From Candidatus Nanopelagicales bacterium (GTDB lineage Bacteria; Actinomycetota; Actinomycetes; S36-B12): DNA of 50,243 nt. The position numbers and the translations under genes were made by a program. Below the pieces are notes generated by a model that saw only the letters and a list, made by a program, of their open reading frames with translations, had not been told where the DNA came from and made no database searches. The DNA is taken from positions 1 through 50,243 of the forward strand of contig JAFMCP010000004.1 in assembly GCA_017857705.1 (NCBI GenBank), given 5' to 3'. Shown here piece by piece: positions 1 through 8,890 of this stretch. Within the stretch, counting starts at the first letter, position 1. Each line of letters begins with the position of its first letter.

Positions 1-2
1 AA

Positions 3-614
3 GAGGATCCATGGCAGCACTTCGCACGCACCCACGGAATCAATCAGGTTGTACCTGGCAAGGTCACCAAGTTGGTCCCATTCGGTGCATTCGTGCGCGT
101 TGATGAAGGGATTGAAGGCCTCGTCCACATCTCTGAACTCGCTGAGCGTCACATTGAAATGCCAGAGCAAATTGTTCAGGTCAATGACGACATTTTCGTC
201 AGGGTCATCGATATCGATCTTGAGCGCCGTCGCATCTCGCTCTCGTTGAAGCAGGCCAATGATTCATCCGATGGCCAGGCAGTCGAAGAATTCGATCCAT
301 ATCTGTACGGGATGGCTCCAGCATTTGACGAAGCAGGAAATTACACGGGTCCTGCAGGATTCGATCCTGAAACCGGTGAATGGAAGGTGGGCTTCGAAGA
401 GCAACGCGCCGAGTGGGAACGTGAATACGCAGAAGCGCATTCACGTTGGGAAGCTCATCGCAAGCAAATGACCGAAGCGAAAGAAGCCGATCAGGCTGCT
501 GCGGTTGAGTCAGGCGATGCAAGTGCCTACTCATCTGAGTCAACAGCAAGTGAAGGCACTTTGGCGGATGATTCTGCACTGCAGGCTCTTCGGGACAAAC
601 TCACTACCGAGTAA
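3..614 (+). CDS. rpsA: 30S ribosomal protein S1, 5'-truncated by the window edge
   Basis: The frame is open from base 3 (EDPWQHFARTHGINQVVPGKVTKLVPFGAFV). It contains S1-repeat motifs EGLVHISEL and RRISLSLK and the actinobacterial C-terminal tail (GTLADDSALQALRDKL). Confidence 0.97.
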   Translation, partial: EDPWQHFARTHGINQVVPGKVTKLVPFGAFVRVDEGIEGLVHISELAERHIEMPEQIVQVNDDIFVRVIDIDLERRRISLSLKQANDSSDGQAVEEFDPYLYGMAPAFDEAGNYTGPAGFDPETGEWKVGFEEQRAEWEREYAEAHSRWEAHRKQMTEAKEADQAAAVESGDASAYSSESTASEGTLADDSALQALRDKLTTE

Positions 615-630
615 TTTTGTGGCTCACCAA

Positions 631-1242
631 ATGCCTTTCATCGTCGGGCTGACCGGCGGTATTGGATCAGGTAAGTCATCAGCGGCGTCGTGTTTTTTAC
701 AGCACGGCGCCGTTGTCATTGATGCTGATGAAATTTCTCGGGGCTTAACCGCGCCAGGTTCCCCGGTGATCGGTGAATTGGCCTCGAAATTTGGTAACGG
801 AGTCCTTAAATCCGATGGATCGCTGGATCGTGCGGCACTTGCCGAAATTGTTTTTGGTAACCCAGCTTCGCTGGCAGCACTCAACGAGATCATGCATCCG
901 AAGATCCGAGCAGAGGCACTGTCCCGAGTAGCCAAAGCGGACCCGTCCGCGATTGTGGTTTACGACATGCCTTTGTTGGTGGAAACGAACTCGGTAGACT
1001 TTTGTGACGTCGTCGTTGTCATTGACCTTGACGTCGATCGACAAGTTGAACGACTTGTTGCCAGTCGTGACATGAGTGTCGCTCAGGCAAGGGCGCGGAT
1101 TAACAATCAGAGTTCGCGCGAGGATCGAAATCATGCAGCGACATGGATAATTAACAACAACGGAACCCTACAGGAGTTCGATCAGGCCTGCGCTTTTGTG
1201 TGGGAGGAGATTGTGAAGCGAGCCCATAAGATGAGGTCGTGA
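631..1242 (+). CDS. coaE: Dephospho-CoA kinase
   Basis: N-terminal [13 protein letters not shown]-loop, IDAD, LDRAALA, HPKI and DMPLLVE motifs. ATG 631 chosen (GTG 619 is an alternative) rather than the ORF-track start at 505, which lies inside rpsA. Confidence 0.95.
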   Translation: MPFIVGLTGGIGSGKSSAASCFLQHGAVVIDADEISRGLTAPGSPVIGELASKFGNGVLKSDGSLDRAALAEIVFGNPASLAALNEIMHPKIRAEALSRVAKADPSAIVVYDMPLLVETNSVDFCDVVVVIDLDVDRQVERLVASRDMSVAQARARINNQSSREDRNHAATWIINNNGTLQEFDQACAFVWEEIVKRAHKMRS

Positions 1243-3287
1243 CCCGCCCGATAACTGACCTGACGAGAACTGTTGCTCCATTTGAAGTGATTTCACCATT
1301 TCAGCCTTCAGGTGACCAACCGGGAGCTATCGATGCCCTTGTTGAGCGGATTCAATCGGGTGAAAAAAACACTGTCTTACTGGGTGCGACCGGAACCGGT
1401 AAAAGTGCAACAACGGCCTGGTTAGTGGAGAAATTGCAACGTCCCACACTCGTAATGGCTCCGAACAAGACTCTTGCGGCACAACTTGCTACGGAATTCC
1501 GCGAGTTATTACCCAATAATGCGATTGAGTATTTCGTCTCCTACTACGACTATTACCAACCAGAGGCCTACGTTCCGCAATCGGACACTTTTATTGAAAA
1601 GGATTCGACAGTTAACGAGGAAGTTGAACGGCTTCGACATTCGGCAACGAATAGTCTGCTCACCCGAAGAGATGTCTTGGTGGTGGCAACGGTTTCGGCT
1701 ATCTATGGACTGGGTACGCCGCAGGAATATGTTGACAGAATGATTCGGCTTCGGGTCGGTGAAGAATATTCCCGTGATTCATTGCTTAGGGCCCTCGTTG
1801 CCATTCAATACACCCGAAATGATGTTGCATTTACCCGCGGTACATTTCGAGTACGTGGAGACACTGTCGAAGTTTTTCCAGTCTACGAGGAGCATCCAGT
1901 CCGAATCGAAATGTTTGGTGACGAAATTGAACGTATGATGACACTGCACCCTGTAACTGGGGAAATCATCACTGAAGACCAAGAGATGTACATTTTCCCG
2001 GCTACCCACTATGTGGCAGGCCCGGAACGCATGTCCCGTGCAATCGGTGACATCCAGGTTGAGTTGGAAGAGCGCGTAGCCGAATTCGAAAAGCAGGGGA
2101 AACTCTTAGAAGCACAACGAATAAAAATGCGGACAACATTTGATATTGAAATGATGCAGCAGGTGGGTTTTTGTTCGGGTATTGAGAACTACAGCAGATT
2201 CATCGATGGTCGTGATCCAGGCAGCCCACCAAACTGCCTCATTGATTACTTCCCCGAGGACTACTTGCTCGTTATTGATGAGTCTCATGTGACAGTCCCA
2301 CAGATTGGAGCTATGTTCGAGGGGGATGCCAGTCGCAAGAGAACTCTGGTTGAACATGGATTCCGGTTACCCAGCGCTATGGATAACCGGCCGTTGAGGT
2401 GGAAAGAGTTTGAGGAGCGCATTAGCCAGGCCGTCTACCTGTCTGCGACTCCAGGCCCATATGAATTAACTGAGGTTCAGGGTGACGTTATTGAGCAGGT
2501 AATTCGCCCCACGGGACTCATCGATCCTGAGGTTGTCATTAAACCTACGCAAGGTCAAGTCGATGACCTAATTCACGAAATTCGAATGCGTGTAGATAAG
2601 AACGAGCGAGTATTGGTGACAACCTTGACCAAGCGAATGTCCGAGGATTTGACGAATTATCTAGCAGAACATGGGATTAAGGTTCAGTACTTACACTCTG
2701 AAGTTGACACCCTTCGCCGTGTTGAACTTTTACGCGAATTGCGTTTGGGCGTCTTTGATGTTCTTGTCGGGATTAACCTTTTACGTGAAGGACTTGATTT
2801 ACCTGAAGTATCGCTGGTCGCGATTCTCGATGCTGACAAGGAAGGGTTTCTGCGTTCGGGAACATCTTTGATTCAAACGATTGGTCGAGCTGCTCGAAAC
2901 GTCAACGGCCAAGTACACATGTATGCAGACAAGATCACCCCTTCCATGGCCAAAGCGATTGATGAAACGAATCGACGTAGAGCCAAGCAGGTGGCCTACA
3001 ACAAAAAAATGGGTGTCGATCCACAGCCCCTGCGCAAGAAAATTGCCGACATCACCGATATGCTCTCGCGGGAAGAGGAAGACACGGCGAAACTGGTCAT
3101 TGCTGAAAAATCTCAGAATCGCAAACACACCCCGAGCGGGGATCTTGTTGATCTAATTCAAGAACTTAGCGAGCAGATGCGGGCCGCTGCGGCTGAATTG
3201 CAATTTGAGTTAGCGGCTCGCTTACGAGATGAAATTTCGGATCTGAAAAAGGAATTGCGCGGAATGCAATCGGCGGAGGTCAACTAA
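1239..3287 (+). CDS. uvrB: Excinuclease ABC subunit B
   Basis: GATGTGKS Walker [15 protein letters not shown] beta-hairpin motif, [20 protein letters not shown]-terminal UVR domain ([11 protein letters not shown]). GTGA overlap with coaE. Confidence 0.98.
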   Translation: MTRPITDLTRTVAPFEVISPFQPSGDQPGAIDALVERIQSGEKNTVLLGATGTGKSATTAWLVEKLQRPTLVMAPNKTLAAQLATEFRELLPNNAIEYFVSYYDYYQPEAYVPQSDTFIEKDSTVNEEVERLRHSATNSLLTRRDVLVVATVSAIYGLGTPQEYVDRMIRLRVGEEYSRDSLLRALVAIQYTRNDVAFTRGTFRVRGDTVEVFPVYEEHPVRIEMFGDEIERMMTLHPVTGEIITEDQEMYIFPATHYVAGPERMSRAIGDIQVELEERVAEFEKQGKLLEAQRIKMRTTFDIEMMQQVGFCSGIENYSRFIDGRDPGSPPNCLIDYFPEDYLLVIDESHVTVPQIGAMFEGDASRKRTLVEHGFRLPSAMDNRPLRWKEFEERISQAVYLSATPGPYELTEVQGDVIEQVIRPTGLIDPEVVIKPTQGQVDDLIHEIRMRVDKNERVLVTTLTKRMSEDLTNYLAEHGIKVQYLHSEVDTLRRVELLRELRLGVFDVLVGINLLREGLDLPEVSLVAILDADKEGFLRSGTSLIQTIGRAARNVNGQVHMYADKITPSMAKAIDETNRRRAKQVAYNKKMGVDPQPLRKKIADITDMLSREEEDTAKLVIAEKSQNRKHTPSGDLVDLIQELSEQMRAAAAELQFELAARLRDEISDLKKELRGMQSAEVN

Positions 3288-3290
3288 CTG

Positions 3291-4283
3291 ATGGAAACAT
3301 CTCTTTGGTTATGGGTAATAACGATCGTCGGCATCACGCTTCTAATGGCGTTTGACTTTCTTGCCATCACGCGCAAACCCCATGACGTTAAATTCAAAGA
3401 GGCATTATGGTCCTCAATTTTCTACGTGGGAATCGCTGTTGCTTTTGGAGTCTTCATTTATGTTTGGCAGGGATCACAATTTGGAACAGAATACTTCGCG
3501 GCCTATCTGGTGGAGAAGTCACTCAGTATCGATAATTTATTTGTATTCATCATAATTTTGACACAGTTTGCTGTTCCATTTAATTTGCATCAACGTGTTT
3601 TATTAATTGGCGTTGCGCTCGCCATCGTTTTACGAGGTATTTTCATTGCCATCGGCGCCAGCGCCCTCGAGTACTTTTCATTCACGTTTGTAATTTTTGG
3701 AGCTTTACTGGTGTGGACTGGGATTCAGTTAATGCGTCACAGAAATGAGGACCCGGATCCCCATGACAATCTAATGGTGCGCATCGCTCGTAAACGTTAC
3801 CCTTTCTCCGATACCTATCATGGAACCTCACTATTCGTTAAAGAAAACGGATTGAGGGTTGCTACACCGTTATTGCTGGTTATGTTTGCAATTGGGACGA
3901 CGGATCTTCTTTTCGCTCTGGACTCAATCCCCGCGACATTTGGTGTGACCCAAGAGCCTTATTTGGTTTTCACCGTGAATGCATTTGCGTTGCTGGGTCT
4001 TCGGGCGCTCTATTTTCTACTTCGTGGTTTGCTAGACAAAATGGTCTATCTCTCTCTAGGACTGTCAATTATTTTGATATTCATTGGTATAAAATTGTTT
4101 TTGACATATTTCCATGAAATCAACGCTGCAATTCCCAAGATCTCCACAAACATGAGTTTAATTTTTATTGCAGTCGTTCTCATCGCCGTTTTTGTAGGTT
4201 CGGCGATCAAGGTAAAACGAGACCCAAGTGCCAGGGGCCATGCTGGTCGCCTTACCGATGAACACCCTGAAAACGAGCTGTAG
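3291..4283 (+). CDS. TerC/Alx family membrane protein
   Basis: Multiple TM segments. EKSLSIDNLFVF and DLLFALDSIPA motifs are characteristic of TerC. Confidence 0.92.
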   Translation: METSLWLWVITIVGITLLMAFDFLAITRKPHDVKFKEALWSSIFYVGIAVAFGVFIYVWQGSQFGTEYFAAYLVEKSLSIDNLFVFIIILTQFAVPFNLHQRVLLIGVALAIVLRGIFIAIGASALEYFSFTFVIFGALLVWTGIQLMRHRNEDPDPHDNLMVRIARKRYPFSDTYHGTSLFVKENGLRVATPLLLVMFAIGTTDLLFALDSIPATFGVTQEPYLVFTVNAFALLGLRALYFLLRGLLDKMVYLSLGLSIILIFIGIKLFLTYFHEINAAIPKISTNMSLIFIAVVLIAVFVGSAIKVKRDPSARGHAGRLTDEHPENEL

Positions 4284-4289
4284 CAGGAA

Positions 4290-4476
4290 CTACCAGCCTC
4301 GGTTTTTCTAAAAATCGAGGGAGGCGTGTTCGGCCCCGATGGTGGTGTCGTACCCATTGCCTGGGCAGACCCACGTTGTGTCGGGCAGTACGTCAAGGAC
4401 CTGTGATTTAACGCTGCCGAAGAGGGTTTCAAAGTCTTCGGGTGTTGTAATTTTGCTGACAACTCCGGGGAATAGA
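4290..4476 (-). pseudogene. Decayed remnant of the 3' end of the adjacent MBL-fold hydrolase gene
   Basis: Reads LFPGVVSKITTPEDFETLFGSVKSQVLDVLPDTTWVCPGNGYDTTIGAEHASLDF*KNRGW*. It aligns gaplessly at a 546-bp offset to 4836-5022. It has an internal TAG where the intact gene has Trp, PGHG changed to PGNG, and no 5' part. Confidence 0.88.
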
Positions 4477-4993
4477 TGAGAGCAGGACAAAGGAGCTTAT
4501 CAATATTCGGTGTGGAGAAAAAGAGTAACCGTGACAGTCTCACCGCCGCCCTTGCCAATCATCTCTCGAATCCGTTTGTTGACAGAGATGATCTTGTCTT
4601 CACCGCTACGGGGGGCCAGATTTACGGGACCAATTGGATTCCCGTCGATGGTGCCCGACACCTTGAGCGTGCCCCAACTTCCACGAAGTTCCCGCGTGTG
4701 GGGGATGCGAAGATGGTACGTCCACGCCCCAAACCCGGTCCGGTGTTGCAGTACAAGCACCTCATTGATGATCAGTTCTTCCACATCACACCTAGGATCA
4801 CGAACACCGGCTGCACGTCGTGACGCGGAAGAAGTTCACCACTTGCGCTCGAGCCACTCGGCCAACCGCGGCCGCTCAGTGCCAACGGTCGTGTCGTGCC
4901 CATGGCCTGGGTAGACCCACGTTGTGTCGGGCAATACGTCAAAGACCTGTAATTTAACGTTACCGAAAAGGGTTTCAAAGTCCTCTGGTGTTG
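4341..4993. repeat. Diverged direct repeat pair (core 4341-4447 and 4887-4993) flanking the DUF1905 gene
   Basis: Manual alignment gives 95/107 identical bases with no gaps. Weaker similarity extends over 4290-4476 vs 4836-5022. Confidence 0.9.
4500..4784 (-). CDS. DUF1905 domain protein (stand-alone, 94 aa)
   Basis: The pattern GAWTY..IP..WG.LKVSGTIDG..NLAP..IISVNKRIRE.IGK.GGETVTVTL matches my recollection of DUF1905. GTG start. Confidence 0.72.
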   Translation of the reverse strand: MEELIINEVLVLQHRTGFGAWTYHLRIPHTRELRGSWGTLKVSGTIDGNPIGPVNLAPRSGEDKIISVNKRIREMIGKGGGETVTVTLFLHTEY

Positions 4994-5486
4994 AGGTTTT
5001 TCCTACACCTCCTGGAAAAAGACAATCACCTGAAAATAGGTGTCCGTGGCCGTATGGATCGTCATAAAAAAACATACTTGCACCAGGTGTGTGGCCCCCG
5101 GTACTCAGGACTTTCAGGGAAATGTCGCCGAAAGTCACAAGGCTATTAGGCTCTAGTCCTTGGTCGGTGGGAACCTCGATGGCATCCATGTCAGCGACGG
5201 GAGCGAAGGTTTTGGCACCTGTAGCGCTGACAACTTGCGCCAAAGCACCCCAGTGGTCGTGGTGACCATGGGTTGTAAGCACTCCCATTAGTCCTCCTGG
5301 TCCAACGAGGGTGAGCAACCGATCTGGTTCCGCTGCAGCATCAATGAGCACCTCGGTGCCAGTTTTAGCGCACCTCAGTAGGTACGAATTGTTGTTGTAA
5401 GGCCCAACGGTAATTTTGCTAATGAACAGGTTGGGTAACTCACGAACATGAGCGGGTCCATTTACCTGTGTATTCCCGTTATACAT
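4836..5486 (-). CDS. MBL-fold metallo-hydrolase (glyoxalase II-like)
   Basis: THGHHDH, GHTPG, SGDCLFPGG and PGHG motifs. Located divergent from uvrA, as in other actinobacteria. Confidence 0.93.
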   Translation of the reverse strand: MYNGNTQVNGPAHVRELPNLFISKITVGPYNNNSYLLRCAKTGTEVLIDAAAEPDRLLTLVGPGGLMGVLTTHGHHDHWGALAQVVSATGAKTFAPVADMDAIEVPTDQGLEPNSLVTFGDISLKVLSTGGHTPGASMFFYDDPYGHGHLFSGDCLFPGGVGKTSTPEDFETLFGNVKLQVFDVLPDTTWVYPGHGHDTTVGTERPRLAEWLERKW

Positions 5487-5636
5487 ATTGCGACTATACC
5501 CAAAAAACTGTACCTATCTGAGTTGATCGGGTGTCGGGTTCCCAAGGGAGCCGAGTCGGGGAATGTCGAATAAGATCAGGGTCGCTTGCGAATTGATGAG
5601 TGACACATTAGACGGGTTACATGGGAATGAGTTGGA

Positions 5637-8474
5637 GTGGAAAAGTTAGTAATTAGAGGCGCTAGAGAACATAATCTCAAGAACGTCTCAGTTGACTTAC
5701 CCCGTGACGCTCTCATTGTTTTCACCGGTCTGTCGGGCTCAGGCAAGTCGAGTCTGGCATTCGACACGATTTTTGCCGAGGGACAAAGACGATATGTCGA
5801 GAGCCTTTCGGCTTATGCGCGCCAATTTTTAGGCCAGATGGACAAGCCCGATGTTGACTTCATCGAAGGACTCTCACCCGCGGTGTCCATCGATCAAAAA
5901 TCCACATCGCGTAACCCTCGATCCACTGTAGGAACAATAACTGAGATTTACGACTATCTTCGCTTGCTCTACGCCAGAATTGGCAAGCCGCATTGCCCCG
6001 AGTGTGGTGACCCAATCGCAAAGCAAACGCCGCAACAAATCGTCGATCAGATTCTCGAATTGCCGACAAAAACAAAATTTCAGGTTCTCGCTCCTTTGAT
6101 TCGTGAGCGCAAGGGTGAGTATCTGGAGGTGTTTAAGCAACTTCAAGCCGATGGATATTCCCGTGTTCGCGTCGACGGTGAGATTCACTCATTGGATGCC
6201 GTCCCAGCACTCAAGAAGCAGGAGAAGCACACCATCGAGGTCGTCGTGGATCGACTCACGGTGAATCCAGAGTCACGTCAGCGAATGACTGATTCGGTGG
6301 AGACTGCGCTGGGGCTTGGTCACGGAAATGTGACCTTGGACTTTGTGGACCGCGCAGTTGATGACCCTGACCGCGAATTAACCTTGAGTGAGCACCTTGC
6401 CTGTCTGCGAGACGGATTGTCATTTGAAGAACTTGAGCCTCGTTCCTTTTCGTTCAATTCACCATTTGGGGCCTGCCCGTCTTGTTCTGGCCTAGGAGTA
6501 ACACGGGCAGTAGATGAAGAGCTGGTCATCCCTGATCCGGCAGCTTCGCTCAATGAGGGTGCAATTGCCCCTTGGTCGCGCGGAACAGTCAGTGAGTACT
6601 TCAAGAGATTACTTGAAGCCCTCTCCGAGGAAATAGACATTGACATGGATACCCCATGGTCGAAGTTGAGTCCTAAAAACCGCAAGGCGATTCTTTATGG
6701 AACAGATGCCGAACTTCACGTGAAGTTCAAGAATCGATATGGACGCCAACGCTCCTATTACACAACCTACGAGGGTGTTGTTAACTTTATTGCTCGCCGA
6801 CATGCTGAAGCCGATACTGATTCATCCCGTGAACGGTTCGAAGGTTTCATGCGTGAAATTCCTTGTGTAGCGTGTCAGGGCAGCCGACTTAAACCATTGA
6901 CCTTGGCCGTGACTGTTTCGGACCATTCAATTGCCCAGATTGCCGCCTTACCCATTAGTGGAGCACGTGACCTGCTGGCAACTTTGAAACTTTCTAAGCG
7001 TGATGAAACGATTGCCGCCCGGGTGCTCAAAGAAGTGAATGAACGACTGCAGTTTCTCGTTGACGTTGGCTTGCACTACCTCTCACTCGATCGGGCTGCC
7101 GGAACCCTCGCTGGAGGTGAGGCACAACGAATTCGGTTGGCCACACAAATCGGATCTGGTTTGACCGGAGTCCTCTACGTCCTTGACGAGCCAAGTATCG
7201 GGCTGCATCAACGTGACAACGAGAGGCTCATTGAAACACTGATTCGTCTGCGAGATTTGGGAAACACTCTAATTGTCGTTGAGCACGACGAAGACACAAT
7301 TCGGATGGCAGATTGGATAGTTGATATCGGGCCAGGTGCAGGTGAGCACGGTGGTGAAGTCGTTGTCAGTGGAAAACTGGAAGACCTCATAAAATCTGAT
7401 AGGTCCATAACCGGCGCATATATTTCGGGAGCCCGCAGCATCGCAGTTCCCAACCAGCGACGATCTCAGGAGCGTGGGTGGATTGGAGTCCGAGGAGCCA
7501 AGGAACACAATCTTCGCAATGTAGACGTCAACTTTCCTCTTGGAAACCTTTGCGTTATCAGTGGGGTTAGTGGATCAGGCAAATCCACATTGGTCAATGA
7601 CGTATTGCTCAATGTATTGGCGCGCGAACTCAACGGCGCATCGGTCGTTCCGGGCAAACACACCAAAGTGACAGGACTCGACCAGGTGGATAAAGTCGTT
7701 CACGTTGATCAAGGTCCAATTGGCAGAACTCCACGCAGCAACCCTGCCACGTATACCGGTGTATTCGATCATGTGCGCAAGCTGTTTGCCGAAACCCAGG
7801 AAGCGAAAGTCCGCGGATATCAACCCGGCAGATTTAGTTTCAATGTCAAAGGTGGACGCTGCGAAGCGTGCAGCGGTGATGGCACTTTGAAAATCGAAAT
7901 GAATTTTCTCCCTGACGTTTATGTTCCGTGCGAAGTGTGTCACGGTGCGCGTTACAACAGGGAGACACTGGAAGTTCACTACAAAGGGAAGACAATCGCG
8001 GAAGTTCTCAATATGCCAATTGAAGAGGCAAGTGAATTCTTCGCGGCAATTCCCGCAATTTCACGCCACTTAAAAACTTTGGTCGAGGTTGGTTTGGGTT
8101 ATGTCCGGATGGGTCAATCCGCACCCACTCTTTCCGGCGGTGAGGCGCAGCGGGTCAAACTCTCGGCCGAACTCCAAAAACGTTCAACGGGGCGAACGAT
8201 TTATATCCTTGACGAACCCACAACAGGTTTGCACTTTGAAGACATTAGAAAATTACTTCTGGTCTTGCAAAGTCTCGTGGACAAAGGAAACAGTGTCATC
8301 GTAATTGAACACAATCTAGATGTGATTAAATCTGCTGATTGGATAATTGACATGGGACCCGAAGGTGGGTCCGGGGGTGGAAATGTTGTTGCTGAAGGAA
8401 CACCCCGGGAGATCGCGGCCGTTAAGGCGAGTCACACCGGAAGATTTCTCAAAGATATGAAACTGAAAAATTAG
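5637..8474 (+). CDS. uvrA: Excinuclease ABC subunit A
   Basis: GAREHNLK, two ABC modules ([16 protein letters not shown]), CxxC zinc fingers, AGGEAQR and SGGEAQR signatures. Confidence 0.98.
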   Translation: MEKLVIRGAREHNLKNVSVDLPRDALIVFTGLSGSGKSSLAFDTIFAEGQRRYVESLSAYARQFLGQMDKPDVDFIEGLSPAVSIDQKSTSRNPRSTVGTITEIYDYLRLLYARIGKPHCPECGDPIAKQTPQQIVDQILELPTKTKFQVLAPLIRERKGEYLEVFKQLQADGYSRVRVDGEIHSLDAVPALKKQEKHTIEVVVDRLTVNPESRQRMTDSVETALGLGHGNVTLDFVDRAVDDPDRELTLSEHLACLRDGLSFEELEPRSFSFNSPFGACPSCSGLGVTRAVDEELVIPDPAASLNEGAIAPWSRGTVSEYFKRLLEALSEEIDIDMDTPWSKLSPKNRKAILYGTDAELHVKFKNRYGRQRSYYTTYEGVVNFIARRHAEADTDSSRERFEGFMREIPCVACQGSRLKPLTLAVTVSDHSIAQIAALPISGARDLLATLKLSKRDETIAARVLKEVNERLQFLVDVGLHYLSLDRAAGTLAGGEAQRIRLATQIGSGLTGVLYVLDEPSIGLHQRDNERLIETLIRLRDLGNTLIVVEHDEDTIRMADWIVDIGPGAGEHGGEVVVSGKLEDLIKSDRSITGAYISGARSIAVPNQRRSQERGWIGVRGAKEHNLRNVDVNFPLGNLCVISGVSGSGKSTLVNDVLLNVLARELNGASVVPGKHTKVTGLDQVDKVVHVDQGPIGRTPRSNPATYTGVFDHVRKLFAETQEAKVRGYQPGRFSFNVKGGRCEACSGDGTLKIEMNFLPDVYVPCEVCHGARYNRETLEVHYKGKTIAEVLNMPIEEASEFFAAIPAISRHLKTLVEVGLGYVRMGQSAPTLSGGEAQRVKLSAELQKRSTGRTIYILDEPTTGLHFEDIRKLLLVLQSLVDKGNSVIVIEHNLDVIKSADWIIDMGPEGGSGGGNVVAEGTPREIAAVKASHTGRFLKDMKLKN

Positions 8475-8485
8475 GGAGGAAAACA

Positions 8486-8875
8486 ATGAAACGACGAGAT
8501 GTCCTGAAGGCGGGCGCAGTGACCGGGGCACTGGCAGTTGTCGGAATATCCGTAACTTCCTGTGCGAACGAAACAGCCGTCACCATGTCAGCCGACTCAA
8601 TTACGACTGCTGATATCCCCATTGGTGGTGGAGTGGTAGTAGCCGAGCCACCCGTTGTTCTAACCCAACCAACCGCAGGTGAGATAAATGCCTTCACATC
8701 TATCTGTCCGCATCAGGGCTGCAAGGTAAGCGAAGTCTCAAATAATGAGATTTTTTGTCCTTGTCATGGGTCAAAGTTCTCAGCTCTTGACGGTTCAGTT
8801 ATACAAGGACCTGCTACTGAAGGACTGGCAGCAGCAGCAGTTGCCGTCGACGGAACCAAAGTCAGTTTTGGCTAA
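8486..8875 (+). CDS. Rieske (2Fe-2S) protein, predicted Tat-exported lipoprotein
   Basis: Twin-Arg KRRDVLK, hydrophobic stretch and lipobox-like VTSC. Rieske motifs CPHQGC and CPCHGS. SD GGAGG upstream. Confidence 0.88.
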   Translation: MKRRDVLKAGAVTGALAVVGISVTSCANETAVTMSADSITTADIPIGGGVVVAEPPVVLTQPTAGEINAFTSICPHQGCKVSEVSNNEIFCPCHGSKFSALDGSVIQGPATEGLAAAAVAVDGTKVSFG

Positions 8876-8890
8876 TACGCGTAAAAACTG

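Noticed and set aside
4308-4490. 60-aa minus-strand ORF as a functional small protein
   Set aside because: It is the decayed MBL 3' remnant. It lacks the N-terminal metal motifs, has PGHG changed to PGNG, and ends at a premature stop.
4798-4823. TCACGA..TCGTGA inverted repeat upstream of the DUF1905 gene (attC-like or operator?)
   Set aside because: The arms are only 6 bp, it occurs once, and there is no integron context, so it is compatible with chance.
4476-4914. Plus-strand ORFs 4476-4823 and 4510-4914, and a possible toxin-antitoxin or IS reading of this region
   Set aside because: These are antisense shadows of the DUF1905 and MBL genes. There are no transposase or integrase motifs, terminal inverted repeats or target-site duplication.
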